Positions 38,242-47,575 of a DNA stretch of 64,000 nucleotides are shown here, piece by piece. Under the pieces are notes generated by a model, which saw only the letters and a program-made list of their open reading frames with translations, did not search any database and was not told the origin of the DNA. Position numbers and translations under genes: made by a program. The stretch covers positions 1,600,001 to 1,664,000 of the forward strand of contig CBDFJG010000003.1 of the NCBI GenBank assembly GCA_965248445.1, given 5' to 3'. This stretch comes from Planctomycetota bacterium. GTDB lineage: Bacteria; Planctomycetota; JAJSAM01; JAJVHW01. Every line of letters starts with the position of its first letter. Within the stretch, counting starts at the first letter, position 1.

Positions 38242-39693
38242 TCACTCCCGCGCGAGCAGCTCCGCGGTTCCCACGAGCGCGCCGCGCGCGTGCTCGTCCA
38301 ACCGCTCCCAAGCGACCAGAAGGGCGGCGAGACGCGAGTCGCGGGGAGTCGTCGGACGGCCCTCGCGAGCGCTCCCTCCATCGAGTGGCGTACTGCGCCG
38401 ACGCGACGGCTTGTCGCTCACAGCCGCCGCGTCCGTCCCCGTGGCACGCACGGCCTCGATCTCCGGCTGCGCTCCGACGTCCGGCAACCTCTCGATCGCC
38501 TTCCGATCGTCATCCCGCCCGAGCACCGTGTAGACGTTCGCGGTCAGGACCGGCGTGCTGTGTCGCAGGAGCCGCTGCGCGAGTTGCAGTGCAACGCCGC
38601 CGCGCGCGAGGTTCGTCGCGAACGTCACGCGCAGGCTGTGGAAGTCCACAACGCGGCCGGCGTCGTCCTCGTAGGGGATCTTCGCGACTTCGAGGTCAGC
38701 GCGCAGCATCACAGCGGCGCGGAAGTCCTTCGGGAGCGTGAAGACCCGGGCGGCCGGAAGCCGCTCGCGAACGTGCGTGCGGAGAGCGGCAGCCAGATTG
38801 AGCCGAAGCGGCAGATGCGCCTCGCGGCGGTTCTTCGTGTTCGTCGCACGGACGTTCACGGTGGCGCGATCGATGTCGGCGATGTCCAGGTCGGCGACGT
38901 GGAGGGTCTTCATCTCGTTCCTGCGCAGGCCCGTCTCGGCGGCCATTCGGTAGAGGAGCGCTCGTTCGGGTCCGGGGATGCCGCCCTGGCGCTCGGCTCC
39001 CGTCGATCCATCGCGCGGGAGACCCTCCGCGGTCTTCGCCAGGAGTCGCGCCAGTTCGTCGGCCGTGAGCGCACGTCGCTTCTGCGTGCTCTGGACGTCG
39101 AGTGGTCTGAGCACTCGGAGCGGGTCCTCGCTCGCGAACGCCGTGCGCACCGCCCAGCGACTGAACTGCCGGACGGCCTGCAGGTGGAAGTTGCTCGGGC
39201 TCGGGCTGACCCCGCCCTCGCGTTCGCGTTCGGTCTGGAGGAACTGCTCGACGTGCGTGGCGTCGATCTCGCTCCAGTAGTCGGCACCGATGCCGGACAG
39301 CACTTTCCTCGCCCGGCTTGTCACCAGCCGGACGTGGCCCTCGGTGTTGCCGCGCGCCCGCAGGTGTGCCTCCCAGTCGTCGAGCAGTTCGCCGAGCGGC
39401 CGGAGGGCCGCGACCTGCGTGGCTGTCAGCATCCCGCAGTCGGACAGCCGGTCCCGGAGCGCTGGAGCCAGATCCTCGATCCAGCGCCGCATCTCCTCGT
39501 CGGGCGTGGCTGCTGTGGCTCGGAGTGCGGCGAGCCGCTTGAGCTTGCGTTCGAACTCCCGTGACGCCGGGCGGTCCGCGAAGCCGGGGAACCGCTGGCG
39601 CCGACCGAGGTGGTCCTTGAACTCCACATGCCAGCGCTTGGTGCGGCGCTGCTCGCCGTTCCGGTCGCGGTAGTTCAGGCGGAAGACGCTCAT
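38242..39693 (-). CDS. Tyrosine recombinase/integrase
   Basis: TGLRRNE, TKNRR, DFHSLR, LRHS, NVYT catalytic set. Confidence 0.95.
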   Translation of the reverse strand: MSVFRLNYRDRNGEQRRTKRWHVEFKDHLGRRQRFPGFADRPASREFERKLKRLAALRATAATPDEEMRRWIEDLAPALRDRLSDCGMLTATQVAALRPLGELLDDWEAHLRARGNTEGHVRLVTSRARKVLSGIGADYWSEIDATHVEQFLQTEREREGGVSPSPSNFHLQAVRQFSRWAVRTAFASEDPLRVLRPLDVQSTQKRRALTADELARLLAKTAEGLPRDGSTGAERQGGIPGPERALLYRMAAETGLRRNEMKTLHVADLDIADIDRATVNVRATNTKNRREAHLPLRLNLAAALRTHVRERLPAARVFTLPKDFRAAVMLRADLEVAKIPYEDDAGRVVDFHSLRVTFATNLARGGVALQLAQRLLRHSTPVLTANVYTVLGRDDDRKAIERLPDVGAQPEIEAVRATGTDAAAVSDKPSRRRSTPLDGGSAREGRPTTPRDSRLAALLVAWERLDEHARGALVGTAELLARE

Positions 39694-39953
39694 CGATCAG
39701 ATTCCCACGCGTGGCGTGGAGGGCACCTTCGCTCTACCCAGCGAAGGAGATCAAGTCGTGTCCAACGCCGCAGGCGGCCTATCTGGATCGGGCGCGGAAC
39801 CTCTCCTCGGGCGTCCCAGCGGTAGAAGACCGAACGGGAGATGCCGAGCAGGGCGGCGGTCTGCGCGGCCGAGAGGAGCAGCGGCGCGTCAGCCATTCCC
39901 GCGCCGACTTCGACGTTGGGGTTCGGGGCCTGCTTCTCACGGCGAGTGGTCAC
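39690..39953 (-). CDS. AlpA/excisionase-like HTH protein
   Basis: LLSAAQTAALLGISRSVFYRW...VPRPIQIG..RRW; coupled to the integrase. Confidence 0.85.
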   Translation of the reverse strand: MTTRREKQAPNPNVEVGAGMADAPLLLSAAQTAALLGISRSVFYRWDARGEVPRPIQIGRLRRWTRLDLLRWVERRCPPRHAWESDR

Positions 39954-40018
39954 GGCGACCTACCGGGCCCGCGCTTCCACCGCCATGTCGGCGGGGTCAA
40001 CTGGGTCGCGGAGAGAGC

Positions 40019-40372
40019 TCACAGGTACCGCTCGAGGTACACGAGCATCGGGACGGTTCGACCGGGGAGTTCGGCGAGGTGCTCCTGACGCGACACCCGC
40101 GGCTCGCGCGTCAGCTCCCAATCGAGGTCGACCGGCAACACCGCCCTCAGCAGTGCGCCGAGGTGTTCGAGCGGTACGCCGCCCTCGGTGGCGTCGACTG
40201 CGTCGTACTGAGCCAGGGAGAAGATCACGTGGAAGTGCCGGTCGCGCATGGCCGGCCGGAGATTGACGCTGGTTTCAACCTCCTCGTCCGAGCCGTGAGC
40301 GGTGGTGGCGACGCCCCCTTTGTCGCCCGTAGGCGCGAGATCGATGAGACGAAGCGCGTCATCTAGCGTCAT
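40019..40372 (-). CDS. Hypothetical protein
   Basis: GGAGG RBS; co-oriented within the element. Confidence 0.5.
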   Translation of the reverse strand: MTLDDALRLIDLAPTGDKGGVATTAHGSDEEVETSVNLRPAMRDRHFHVIFSLAQYDAVDATEGGVPLEHLGALLRAVLPVDLDWELTREPRVSRQEHLAELPGRTVPMLVYLERYL

Positions 40373-40526
40373 CGAGGGACCTCCGTTGCGACGCGAACAG
40401 GGAGCGCGTCGCGGGGTTCACTGGCGGCGTCCGACTCGCGCTGAGTGCGACTTCGTGGTTCGCTCGCGACGCGCGGCAGGCCGGTCCGGATGCCGCCGCG
40501 ATAGCGTGAGTTGACGAGGAGTGGCG

Positions 40527-41753
40527 TCACGCTGGCCTCCGCTCGGCCTTCTCGCCCGTGTAGTTCTCCCAGCGGTCGACGCTCACGTCGCACCAGGCGG
40601 GGTCCAGTTCGACGCCCGCGCATCTCCGGCGCGCGCGCGTCGCTGCGATGACCGACGTGCCGCTGCCGAGGAATGGGTCGTAGACCAGGTCGCCCGGCTT
40701 GCCGTGATTTCGCATCGGGCGCTCCATGCACTCGACGGGCTTCTGTGTGCTGTGAGTTGTGCTGCCGGTGTCATCGGCGCGAGCGATGTTCCAGACAGTC
40801 GATTGCTTGCGGTCCCCACACCACGCAGCTGGGCGGCCCTTGCGTACCGCGTACCAACACGGCTCGTGCTGCCAGTGGTAGTGACCGCGGGAGATCTGCA
40901 GCGACGGCTTGGCCCACACGATCCCCGCCCTGATCTGCAGTGAGGCGGAGAGCAGTCCCTCCGCCACGTCCCACGAGTGCAGACTGGCATGCCACACGTA
41001 CGCAACGTCGCCGGGGAACAGTCGGTAGGCAGCACGCCAGTCGGAGCGGTCGTCGTTCAGCACCGCTTCGGTGCGACGGACCGACGAGCCGAGACCACCG
41101 TCGGCGGATGAGCGTGCTCGCCACGCGGGGTCGTACTCCACGCCGTATGGCGGGTCCGTCACCAACTGGAACGGAAGCTCACCATCGAGGACTCGGGCCA
41201 CGTCCTCGGCGTTTGTGGCGTCGCCGCAGAGCAGACGGTGCTCCCCGAGCACCCACAGGTCACCCGGCTTCGTCACGGGATCAACTGGCGGCTCAGGGAC
41301 CTGGTCTGGATCGGTCTCACCCGAGACCGGATCCAATAGCCGTGTGATCTCGGCGTCGGTGAAGCCCGCCACCGAGTGGTCGAAGTCCGGCGCCTGCTGC
41401 AACTCGGCGAGCAGTCGCCCGAGTGCGTCGTCATCCCACCCGGCGAGTTCCGCTGACCGATTCAGCGCGATCCCGAGGGCAGTGGCGTTCAGGTCGTCGA
41501 CGTCCACCTCGACAAGGTCCACGCCGCCCACGCCCATCTCTCGCAGAACGGCGACACGGCCGTTGCCGCCGATCACGCGTCCCGTGGACTTCTGGACAAC
41601 GATTGGCTCGACCTGTCCGAAGCGCTCGAGGCTCGAGCGGATCGCGTTGAGATTGCGGGGATCGTGGGTGCGCGCGTTGGCGGGGTCGAGTGTCAGTTCG
41701 TCGAGTCGACGTCGGACGACTGCGAGCTCGGGGGTGGCGGGGGCGCGGGTCAT
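40527..41753 (-). CDS. ParB-like N-terminal domain fused to DNA adenine/N4-cytosine methyltransferase
   Basis: PANARTH...SLERFGQVEPIVV...IGGNGR (ParB); HRLLCGDAT, TDPPYG, HSTQKPVE, YDPFLGSGT; start reset to ATG 41753. Confidence 0.92.
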   Translation of the reverse strand: MTRAPATPELAVVRRRLDELTLDPANARTHDPRNLNAIRSSLERFGQVEPIVVQKSTGRVIGGNGRVAVLREMGVGGVDLVEVDVDDLNATALGIALNRSAELAGWDDDALGRLLAELQQAPDFDHSVAGFTDAEITRLLDPVSGETDPDQVPEPPVDPVTKPGDLWVLGEHRLLCGDATNAEDVARVLDGELPFQLVTDPPYGVEYDPAWRARSSADGGLGSSVRRTEAVLNDDRSDWRAAYRLFPGDVAYVWHASLHSWDVAEGLLSASLQIRAGIVWAKPSLQISRGHYHWQHEPCWYAVRKGRPAAWCGDRKQSTVWNIARADDTGSTTHSTQKPVECMERPMRNHGKPGDLVYDPFLGSGTSVIAATRARRRCAGVELDPAWCDVSVDRWENYTGEKAERRPA

Positions 41754-41992
41754 CGCTTGAGCTCCTTCAGCTTCCGCGCTGCGAGCGCGTTCATCACCGC
41801 AATGGCCTCGGGAGCGACGCTCCCGTCCTCGCGAACAAGTCCGTGCCGCAGTAGGACGGCGCCGAGCTTCTCGGCCGCGACAATCGGCACGCCGGCGCAG
41901 AGCGCCCACGCGGCGGAGGTGTCCTCATCAGGGCGCTCCTGCATCACCTCCGCAACGTGCGGCCACGCGATCGCGAGCCGCTGCGCGGACAC
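41750..41992 (-). CDS. Hypothetical protein; start uncertain
   Basis: Stop overlaps the MTase ATG. Confidence 0.5.
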   Translation of the reverse strand: MSAQRLAIAWPHVAEVMQERPDEDTSAAWALCAGVPIVAAEKLGAVLLRHGLVREDGSVAPEAIAVMNALAARKLKELKR

Positions 41993-42047
41993 GTCGCTGG
42001 CAAGGTGTGCGACTGCGATGGCGGTCAGACTGAGTTCGGGAATGCGT

Positions 42048-42542
42048 TCACCTCGCCGAGTGCCTGGTGGCGGGTCCGAGGATGCGCTCCCTTGCGGTGA
42101 GACCGGCGGTCGGGAGCGATGGAGTGGTCGCGCGAACCGTGGTCCGCGCGGACGGAGAGAGCCCGAGTTCTCGAGCAGCTGCGAGCAACTGTGCTCTGGC
42201 CGACGCCGCGAGTTGCGTGTACGGAGACGTGAAACTCCGGCCGTGCGTGTCGATCAGTACGCCGCCCTCGACACGCAGTGCGTACTCGGCTCGGGCGAGT
42301 TGAGACCAGGCGGTGGTGTAGGTCGTCAACACCGCCCGGTCGATCACTTCGAGCAACCCACGCCGAACGAGTTCCGGAACGAGTCGGTCCCACTCCGCGC
42401 GGGCAACGTCATCGAGAAACTCAGGCGGGTCGGGCGCGCCCGGGATCACGGGCGGCTCACTGGGGTTGCTGCGGCACGGTTGGTCCGTTCCACGGAGCCG
42501 CTTCACAGCGGTCGGCAGTGGCTTCGGTCCTCGCTTACCCAC
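42048..42542 (-). CDS. Phage terminase small subunit, P27 family
   Basis: RGPKPLPT..KRLRG, PPEFLDDVARAEWDRLVPEL, ELGLSPSAR. Confidence 0.9.
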   Translation of the reverse strand: MGKRGPKPLPTAVKRLRGTDQPCRSNPSEPPVIPGAPDPPEFLDDVARAEWDRLVPELVRRGLLEVIDRAVLTTYTTAWSQLARAEYALRVEGGVLIDTHGRSFTSPYTQLAASARAQLLAAARELGLSPSARTTVRATTPSLPTAGLTARERILGPATRHSAR

Positions 42543-42599
42543 TATTGAGACCTCCGACGGTCAGGCCGTCGTGTGCGTGCGCGTACGCATGCGCGCCCG

Positions 42600-42710
42600 C
42601 GCCACGCGCGGGAACTCCGAAACCTGCACGCGCGGGAAGTTGGGTGATCCACCGGTCTACGGGCGCGAGGTGCCAGAGATCAGACCCCCCTCCCCCCCTC
42701 GCCAGGGGGG
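42600..42710 (-). other. Putative cos/packaging region upstream of terS
   Basis: GGGGGGAGGGGGGTCTGATCTCT...TAGACCG, then a 12-bp direct repeat TTCCCGCGCGTG (42603-14 and 42627-38). Confidence 0.45.
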
Positions 42711-42962
42711 GCAGCCGGTTGCTGATCGCCTTCAAGTCGGAGGTGTGAGCACGCTCGGCAGCACTCGCCTCCAAGCCGCGGACCAGACGACGCCAGGGAG
42801 ACGGACTCTCGAGTAGTTCACTCGCCGCGCCACATCCGGACGCGGCGAGGAGGAGACTCCAGACTGACCAGTCCTGACGCATGACGCGTCCTGACGCCTC
42901 CGCCGCAAAGCAGCCTTCGCGCGCGCGTTGAGTAACGGTTGTGAAGCACGAGTCATGAGGCG

Positions 42963-44731
42963 TCATGCGTCAGGACTCCTCTCGACGAGTGGGTCGGCGC
43001 GCAGCCTCACTCCCAACCAGAGCCGTGCCTTCTCGGTGCGCTTCTGCCCGAAGCCCCGGTCTCGCAACTCCCGCGCGAACGCCCGACTCCCCAGCGCCTT
43101 CTCGCCTGCGCGCTCAGCGAAGTCCTTGTAGGCGTGGAAGAGCACCGACCCCGCGACGCTGGCGTGTGCGTCCAGCTCGCACGCTGCGAGCAGGAAGGGC
43201 CCAAGTGCGTCCTCGGCGGCCCTGTACTCGGAGGTCGCCCCGGTCACGGCCGATGCCGTCCCGAGGCGGTGTCGCTGGTACGCGAGGCAGCCGCGAACGG
43301 CCCAGGCCAGAATGCCAGGACCCTCCGCCTGCAGTGTCGCCGCAAGGTGCGGATCGGCCCGGTCCCCGAGGAACTGCTCCTTGAACGGCAGGAGCTTCAC
43401 GCGGCGCCACGTGCCGTCGGAACTGTCCCGGATCGACGGCCTATGATTCGTCGAGAGGAACAGCGTGAACTTCGGCTCGAACTCGAAGTGCTCGCCGAAG
43501 AGGAACCTCGCTGTCTGCCTCCCGCCGCCAGTGATCCCCTTGACAGTCGCTTCGTCCAACCGACGGTCGCGTCCGGGCTCCTCGGCTGTCACGATCCGGG
43601 CTGGGGCGAGGCGCGCGAGGTCATTCCGCGGTCGCGAGACGTCGCGTCGGCGGAGGAACGTACTCGCCTCCGCATGGATTGCGTACGTACCAAGCATCCA
43701 CTGCAGGGTCCGTATCAAGACCGTCTTGCCGTTGCTGCCGGCGCCCCATAGCAGGACGATGAGGTGCTCGAGAACGACGCCAAGGAGCGAGTAGCCGACG
43801 AGCCGCTGGAAGTAGCAAATCAGGTCCCCGTCACCCGCAAAGACCTCCATGAGGAACCGCTCGAATCTCGGGGCTGTGGCATCCTGATCGAACGCTACCC
43901 CCGCCTGTCGGGTGATCAGGTCCTCGCGCTGATGCGGCCACAACTTCCCGGTCCGAAGGTCCAGCAGACCATTCGCAACCGAGAGCACCCACGGGTCCGC
44001 GTCGAGTTGGTCGGCCCAACGGTCACTCCGGAACGGCTGGCGGTGAGGTGTAGCGCGGCGGTGAGCGCGCGGTGGCTCTCGGACCGTTGGGCGAACTTGA
44101 GCAACTCGTCCCGCCGGTCCTTGTTGTCGATATCCGCAGCTGCGCGGGACAGCGCTCGCGCGGTGTCCCCGGCGCGGCGCAGTGCGGCGCCGTCTGTGTC
44201 GGTCTCCCACAGGCCACGGTCCTCGCTGTAGACGAGCCACTTTCGCTCCGCGGCGTGGAAGCGCATGTCCGCGCCGTGGACCGCGTGGATGCGTTCCGCG
44301 AATCCGAGCTCCGTGCATGGCGCATTGACGAGGACGGAGGCAGCGTCGCGCCGGTCAGCCGCCGAGGTGACGAGCCTGAGATGGCGCTCCCACTCCCTCA
44401 CCGGAAGGTCGCTCGAGACGAGGCCGGCAACGAGACCGACAGCGTCGGACACACCGCGCTGCCGTAGTTCCTCGGTGACGCGCACAACGTCCGGTGTGCC
44501 ACCGTCCGTAGACGCCCGCAGCGCGTCGTGAAGTCGCCGGCGGAGGTGGTGTGTCTGATGGCTGCGCGAAGTCCGCGCAAGGATGGCCTGAGCCGCCTCG
44601 TTGTCGAGGAAGCACGCCCTCAACAGCGCTGCCTCCGACAGAGCCGGCGCACCCGGTACTTCTGTGCCGGTCAGTAGATCGTGAGCGCCGGCCATCGCCA
44701 CCGCGGCGCCGTTGAGACGGGCGCCCGTCAC
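42963..44731 (-). CDS. DnaB-N-like domain fused to P4/D5-family SF3 helicase; apparent 1-nt frameshift at about 44015-44017
   Basis: N-terminal part SEAALLRACFLDNEA...DVVRVTEELRQRG and TELGFAERI. C-terminal part LDADPWVLSVANGLLDLRTG, Walker A GAGSNGKT, VKGITGG, GTWRRV. The frames join if GGG is read as GGGG. Confidence 0.85.
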
Positions 44732-44991
44732 GACGGCTCCGCGACTGTCTCGGGTCGTCCACCGTCGGGACACCCTGCAACGTCTGCCAGCAACTCCGCG
44801 ACCGCTTCCCGAGGGACGCGCACGTGCGCGCCTGGTCCGTGGCCGAGTTTCACAGCGCGAAGGCGACCCGCGGCGATGTAGCGCTTGACCGTTCGCGGGT
44901 CGACGTTGAGGGCGCGCGCGACCTGAGCTACGCGTGCCAGTGGTGGGAGATCGAGTTGCAGGCGTCTGTCCGGGCGATGCATGACCGACAT
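44728..44991 (-). CDS. Excisionase-like (HTH_17) DNA-binding protein
   Basis: VAQVARALNVDPRTVKRYIAAGRLRAVKLG; stop overlaps the helicase GTG. Confidence 0.85.
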   Translation of the reverse strand: MSVMHRPDRRLQLDLPPLARVAQVARALNVDPRTVKRYIAAGRLRAVKLGHGPGAHVRVPREAVAELLADVAGCPDGGRPETVAEPS

Positions 44992-45103
44992 ACTGACCCC
45001 CCGTTTCGCGGGGTCGGTCTGCAGCGCGGGAGAGCCCGAGCGCGTGCCTAGCGAGTGGCCAGGCCGCTCACTTGCGGCTCCCCGGTACACACCTTGGCGT
45101 GGC

Positions 45104-46603
45104 GTAACCGTTCACCCCTTCGTCGCGAGCCAGGATCCAGATCGTTCGGCCATCGGTCGATCAAGATGTTGTGGGCGAGCGGCAGGACGAGGATCTGCGG
45201 GCGATGGTCGAGGGCCTTCTGGCCTGGATCGAGGAGCTGGAGCGTCGCGAAGCGAAGCATCTGCGCCGCATCGACGAGCTCGAGTCGCGTCTGAAGCGTG
45301 ACTCCCGCAACAGCTCGAGGCCTCCGTCGTCGGACCCGGCGTGGTCCAAGCGCCGTCGCGGCCGAAGGCCGCGTAGCGGTCGCAAGCAGGGCGGACAGCC
45401 GGGCCATGAGGGCACGGCGCGCGAGCTGGTGGATCCGTCCAACGTCGATGAGACCAAGGAGCACCGTCCCGACCTCTGCGACGCGTGCGGACACGACGAT
45501 CTCGAGCAGGGCATCGGCGATCCGTACCGGCACCAGGTGACGGTGCTCCCGCGCGTGCTCGTCACGGTGCGGGAGCACCGGCTGCACAAGGCGCGGTGCC
45601 GGCGCTGTCGTGCGGTCACGACGGCGGTCCTGCCCGATGGCGTGCCGACCGGGGCCTTCGGTCCGCGGCTGACCACACTTGCCGGCGCGCTGCGCGGCGT
45701 GTACCGCGTGAGCGTGCGGGAGACGCAGCGGCTGCTCGGTGAGATCTTCGGTGTGAAGATGTCGCTGGGCAAGATCAGCGACTGTGAGCGTCGGCTCAGT
45801 GACTCTCTGCACTCGTCGTACCTCGAAGCCCTCGGGGCAGTCCGCACGTCGCTGCGAGCCAACGTGGACGAGACGTCGTGGAAGGAACGGGGCCGGGTGT
45901 GCTGGCTGTGGGCGGCGGAGAGCGAGCACGCCACAGCCTTCGGGATCGATCGCCGCCGCAGTGCCAAGGCGAAAGGGCGGCTGATCGGGCGGCGCTTCGG
46001 TGGCACGGTGATCAGCGACCGGATGGGTGCCTACGAGTCACACCCACTTGCCCGCCGCCAGCTCTGCTGGGCGCACATCGAGCGCGCCTTCCGTGCGCTG
46101 GCCGAAGGCCCGCGAGGACATCGCCGCTTCGGCAACAAGGGCGTCATGATCGCGCAGTCGGTCATGCGCAGCTACCGGCTCTTCGGTGAGCACGGCGACC
46201 GTGACCGGCTGCAAGGCGAAGCCGCTGTGCTGCGCGGACGGCTCGAGCGACTGATCGCGAACGACGACTCGGCTCTGGCCAACCATCTGCGCCCCCGCGT
46301 GGTCGCCCTCTTCACCTATGCGCGGACCCAGGACGTGAGTCCGACGAACAACGCCGCCGAGCGCGCGGTCCGCAAAGCGGTGCTCTGGCGCAAGGGCTCC
46401 TTCGGAAGCCAGTCCGCTCGCGGACTCCGCTTCGCCGAGCGCGTGTTGACCGCCGCGGCCACGCTGCGACGCCGTGGCGACCAAGTCTTCGACTTCCTCG
46501 CCGACTCGGTCGCCGCGCACCTCACCGGCGCCGACCCGCCCGTCATGGTCCCGCTGCCCGTCGCACGCTGAGGCTCACACGCTGTCAAGGGGTGAACGGT
46601 TAC
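45104..46603 (+). mobile_element. Second IS66-family single-ORF element (1500 bp), no target duplication
   Basis: Perfect 17-bp inverted repeat GTAACCGTTCACCCCTT; flanks GGCGTGGC and TCGCGCCT differ. Confidence 0.93.
45171..46571 (+). CDS. IS66 transposase
   Basis: NSSRPPSSD, GGQPGHEG, VDETSW, QLCWAHIER, PTNNAAER. Confidence 0.95.
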   Translation: MGERQDEDLRAMVEGLLAWIEELERREAKHLRRIDELESRLKRDSRNSSRPPSSDPAWSKRRRGRRPRSGRKQGGQPGHEGTARELVDPSNVDETKEHRPDLCDACGHDDLEQGIGDPYRHQVTVLPRVLVTVREHRLHKARCRRCRAVTTAVLPDGVPTGAFGPRLTTLAGALRGVYRVSVRETQRLLGEIFGVKMSLGKISDCERRLSDSLHSSYLEALGAVRTSLRANVDETSWKERGRVCWLWAAESEHATAFGIDRRRSAKAKGRLIGRRFGGTVISDRMGAYESHPLARRQLCWAHIERAFRALAEGPRGHRRFGNKGVMIAQSVMRSYRLFGEHGDRDRLQGEAAVLRGRLERLIANDDSALANHLRPRVVALFTYARTQDVSPTNNAAERAVRKAVLWRKGSFGSQSARGLRFAERVLTAAATLRRRGDQVFDFLADSVAAHLTGADPPVMVPLPVAR

Positions 46604-47431
46604 TCGCGCCTTGGCGACACGCGCGACGCGCTTCGCCCAGTAGTTGTGCTCGCGCACGAAGAGCGTGTGCATCGCAGTGAGGCCGCATTGCTCGTTCGCC
46701 CGGACGTCGCCCGCGAGGAAGTAGCCGGCGTCGGACGACGGCGCGTTGGCAAGACCGTCTTCGTTGTATGGGAGCAGGTGCCCGTCGCTCTCGCAGAGCC
46801 GCCCCGTGCCGTCGAGCGTGCGCAGCGCGAGCGCCCTCTCATCGTCGGAGCCGTAGACCTGCGACGCGTCGATGAAGGCCGTGATTCCGTTGGTCTGTTC
46901 ACGAACCCCGTCCACGACCGCGTATGCGGATCGCAGCAGCGGGATGATCGCGGCGCCCTCACCGGCCGGATCGAACCACGCATCGCCGACCGGAACGATC
47001 ACGAAGAACGGCTCGGCCGGGTCCGCCTCGGGCGTGAGATCGATGTCGTGGTCGAGGAACTGCCCCCACTGCCAGAACATGTCGGAGACGCCGGCGGCGT
47101 TCGGGAGATCCCCCTCTTGCTCACAGACGGCGTTGCTGACCGCGCGAGCGTTCGGGCGCTCCTCGCCGGACGGAGCCGCAGCCCCATCGGCGTAGGCGCT
47201 CGCCAGCCGGCGCACGTACGCGATCCCGGGCGTTCCGAGAACACCGTCGGCGTGGTTGCCCGTGCCGTCGACGGTCCGCGTCTCGCTGAGACTGGTGGCG
47301 GCCAACCCCTGATCGAGTCCGCGGGCGTCCGACACCGCGACGAACGTGACCAGCGTGCCCAGGACCAACATCTGGATTCCGGCCGCAGCCCGGTTCCGAG
47401 CGGCGGAGTGCGTATGCATGAGTTCGTGCAT
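46604..47431 (-). pseudogene. Animal-type heme peroxidase (peroxidase-cyclooxygenase superfamily), 3'-truncated by IS66
   Basis: RTVDGTGN, WGQFLDHD (distal His), DASQVYGS, AGDVRANE, FVREHN; homology stops at the IS right end; GGAGG RBS before ATG 47431. Confidence 0.88.
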
Positions 47432-47575
47432 GACTGTTCCTCCGTTGCGATCCGCTGATGACGAGCGTGGACCCTGTGTCCTGCGCAAATCTGAAGCAGT
47501 TCACGAGTCGCGATCGCCGTCCGGATTCATCGCGAACGCAGAGGAGGAGCTACCTCGACGTGGGGTCCGGCTCCG

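Larger units (their letters stand above)
38242..45103 (-). mobile_element. Integrated phage-satellite-like element (PICI-like)
   Basis: Co-oriented HTH, D5 helicase, cos-like site, small terminase, ParB-MTase, AlpA and tyrosine integrase; no large terminase, portal, capsid or tail genes; att sites not found. Confidence 0.65.

Noticed and set aside
38226..38460. attL/attR or tRNA target next to the integrase
   Set aside because: No tRNA-like sequence and no direct repeat shared with the other end of the element was found by eye.
36694..46603. Composite transposon formed by the two IS66 elements
   Set aside because: The elements are divergent, the first has its own 8-bp duplication, and the outer flanks do not match.
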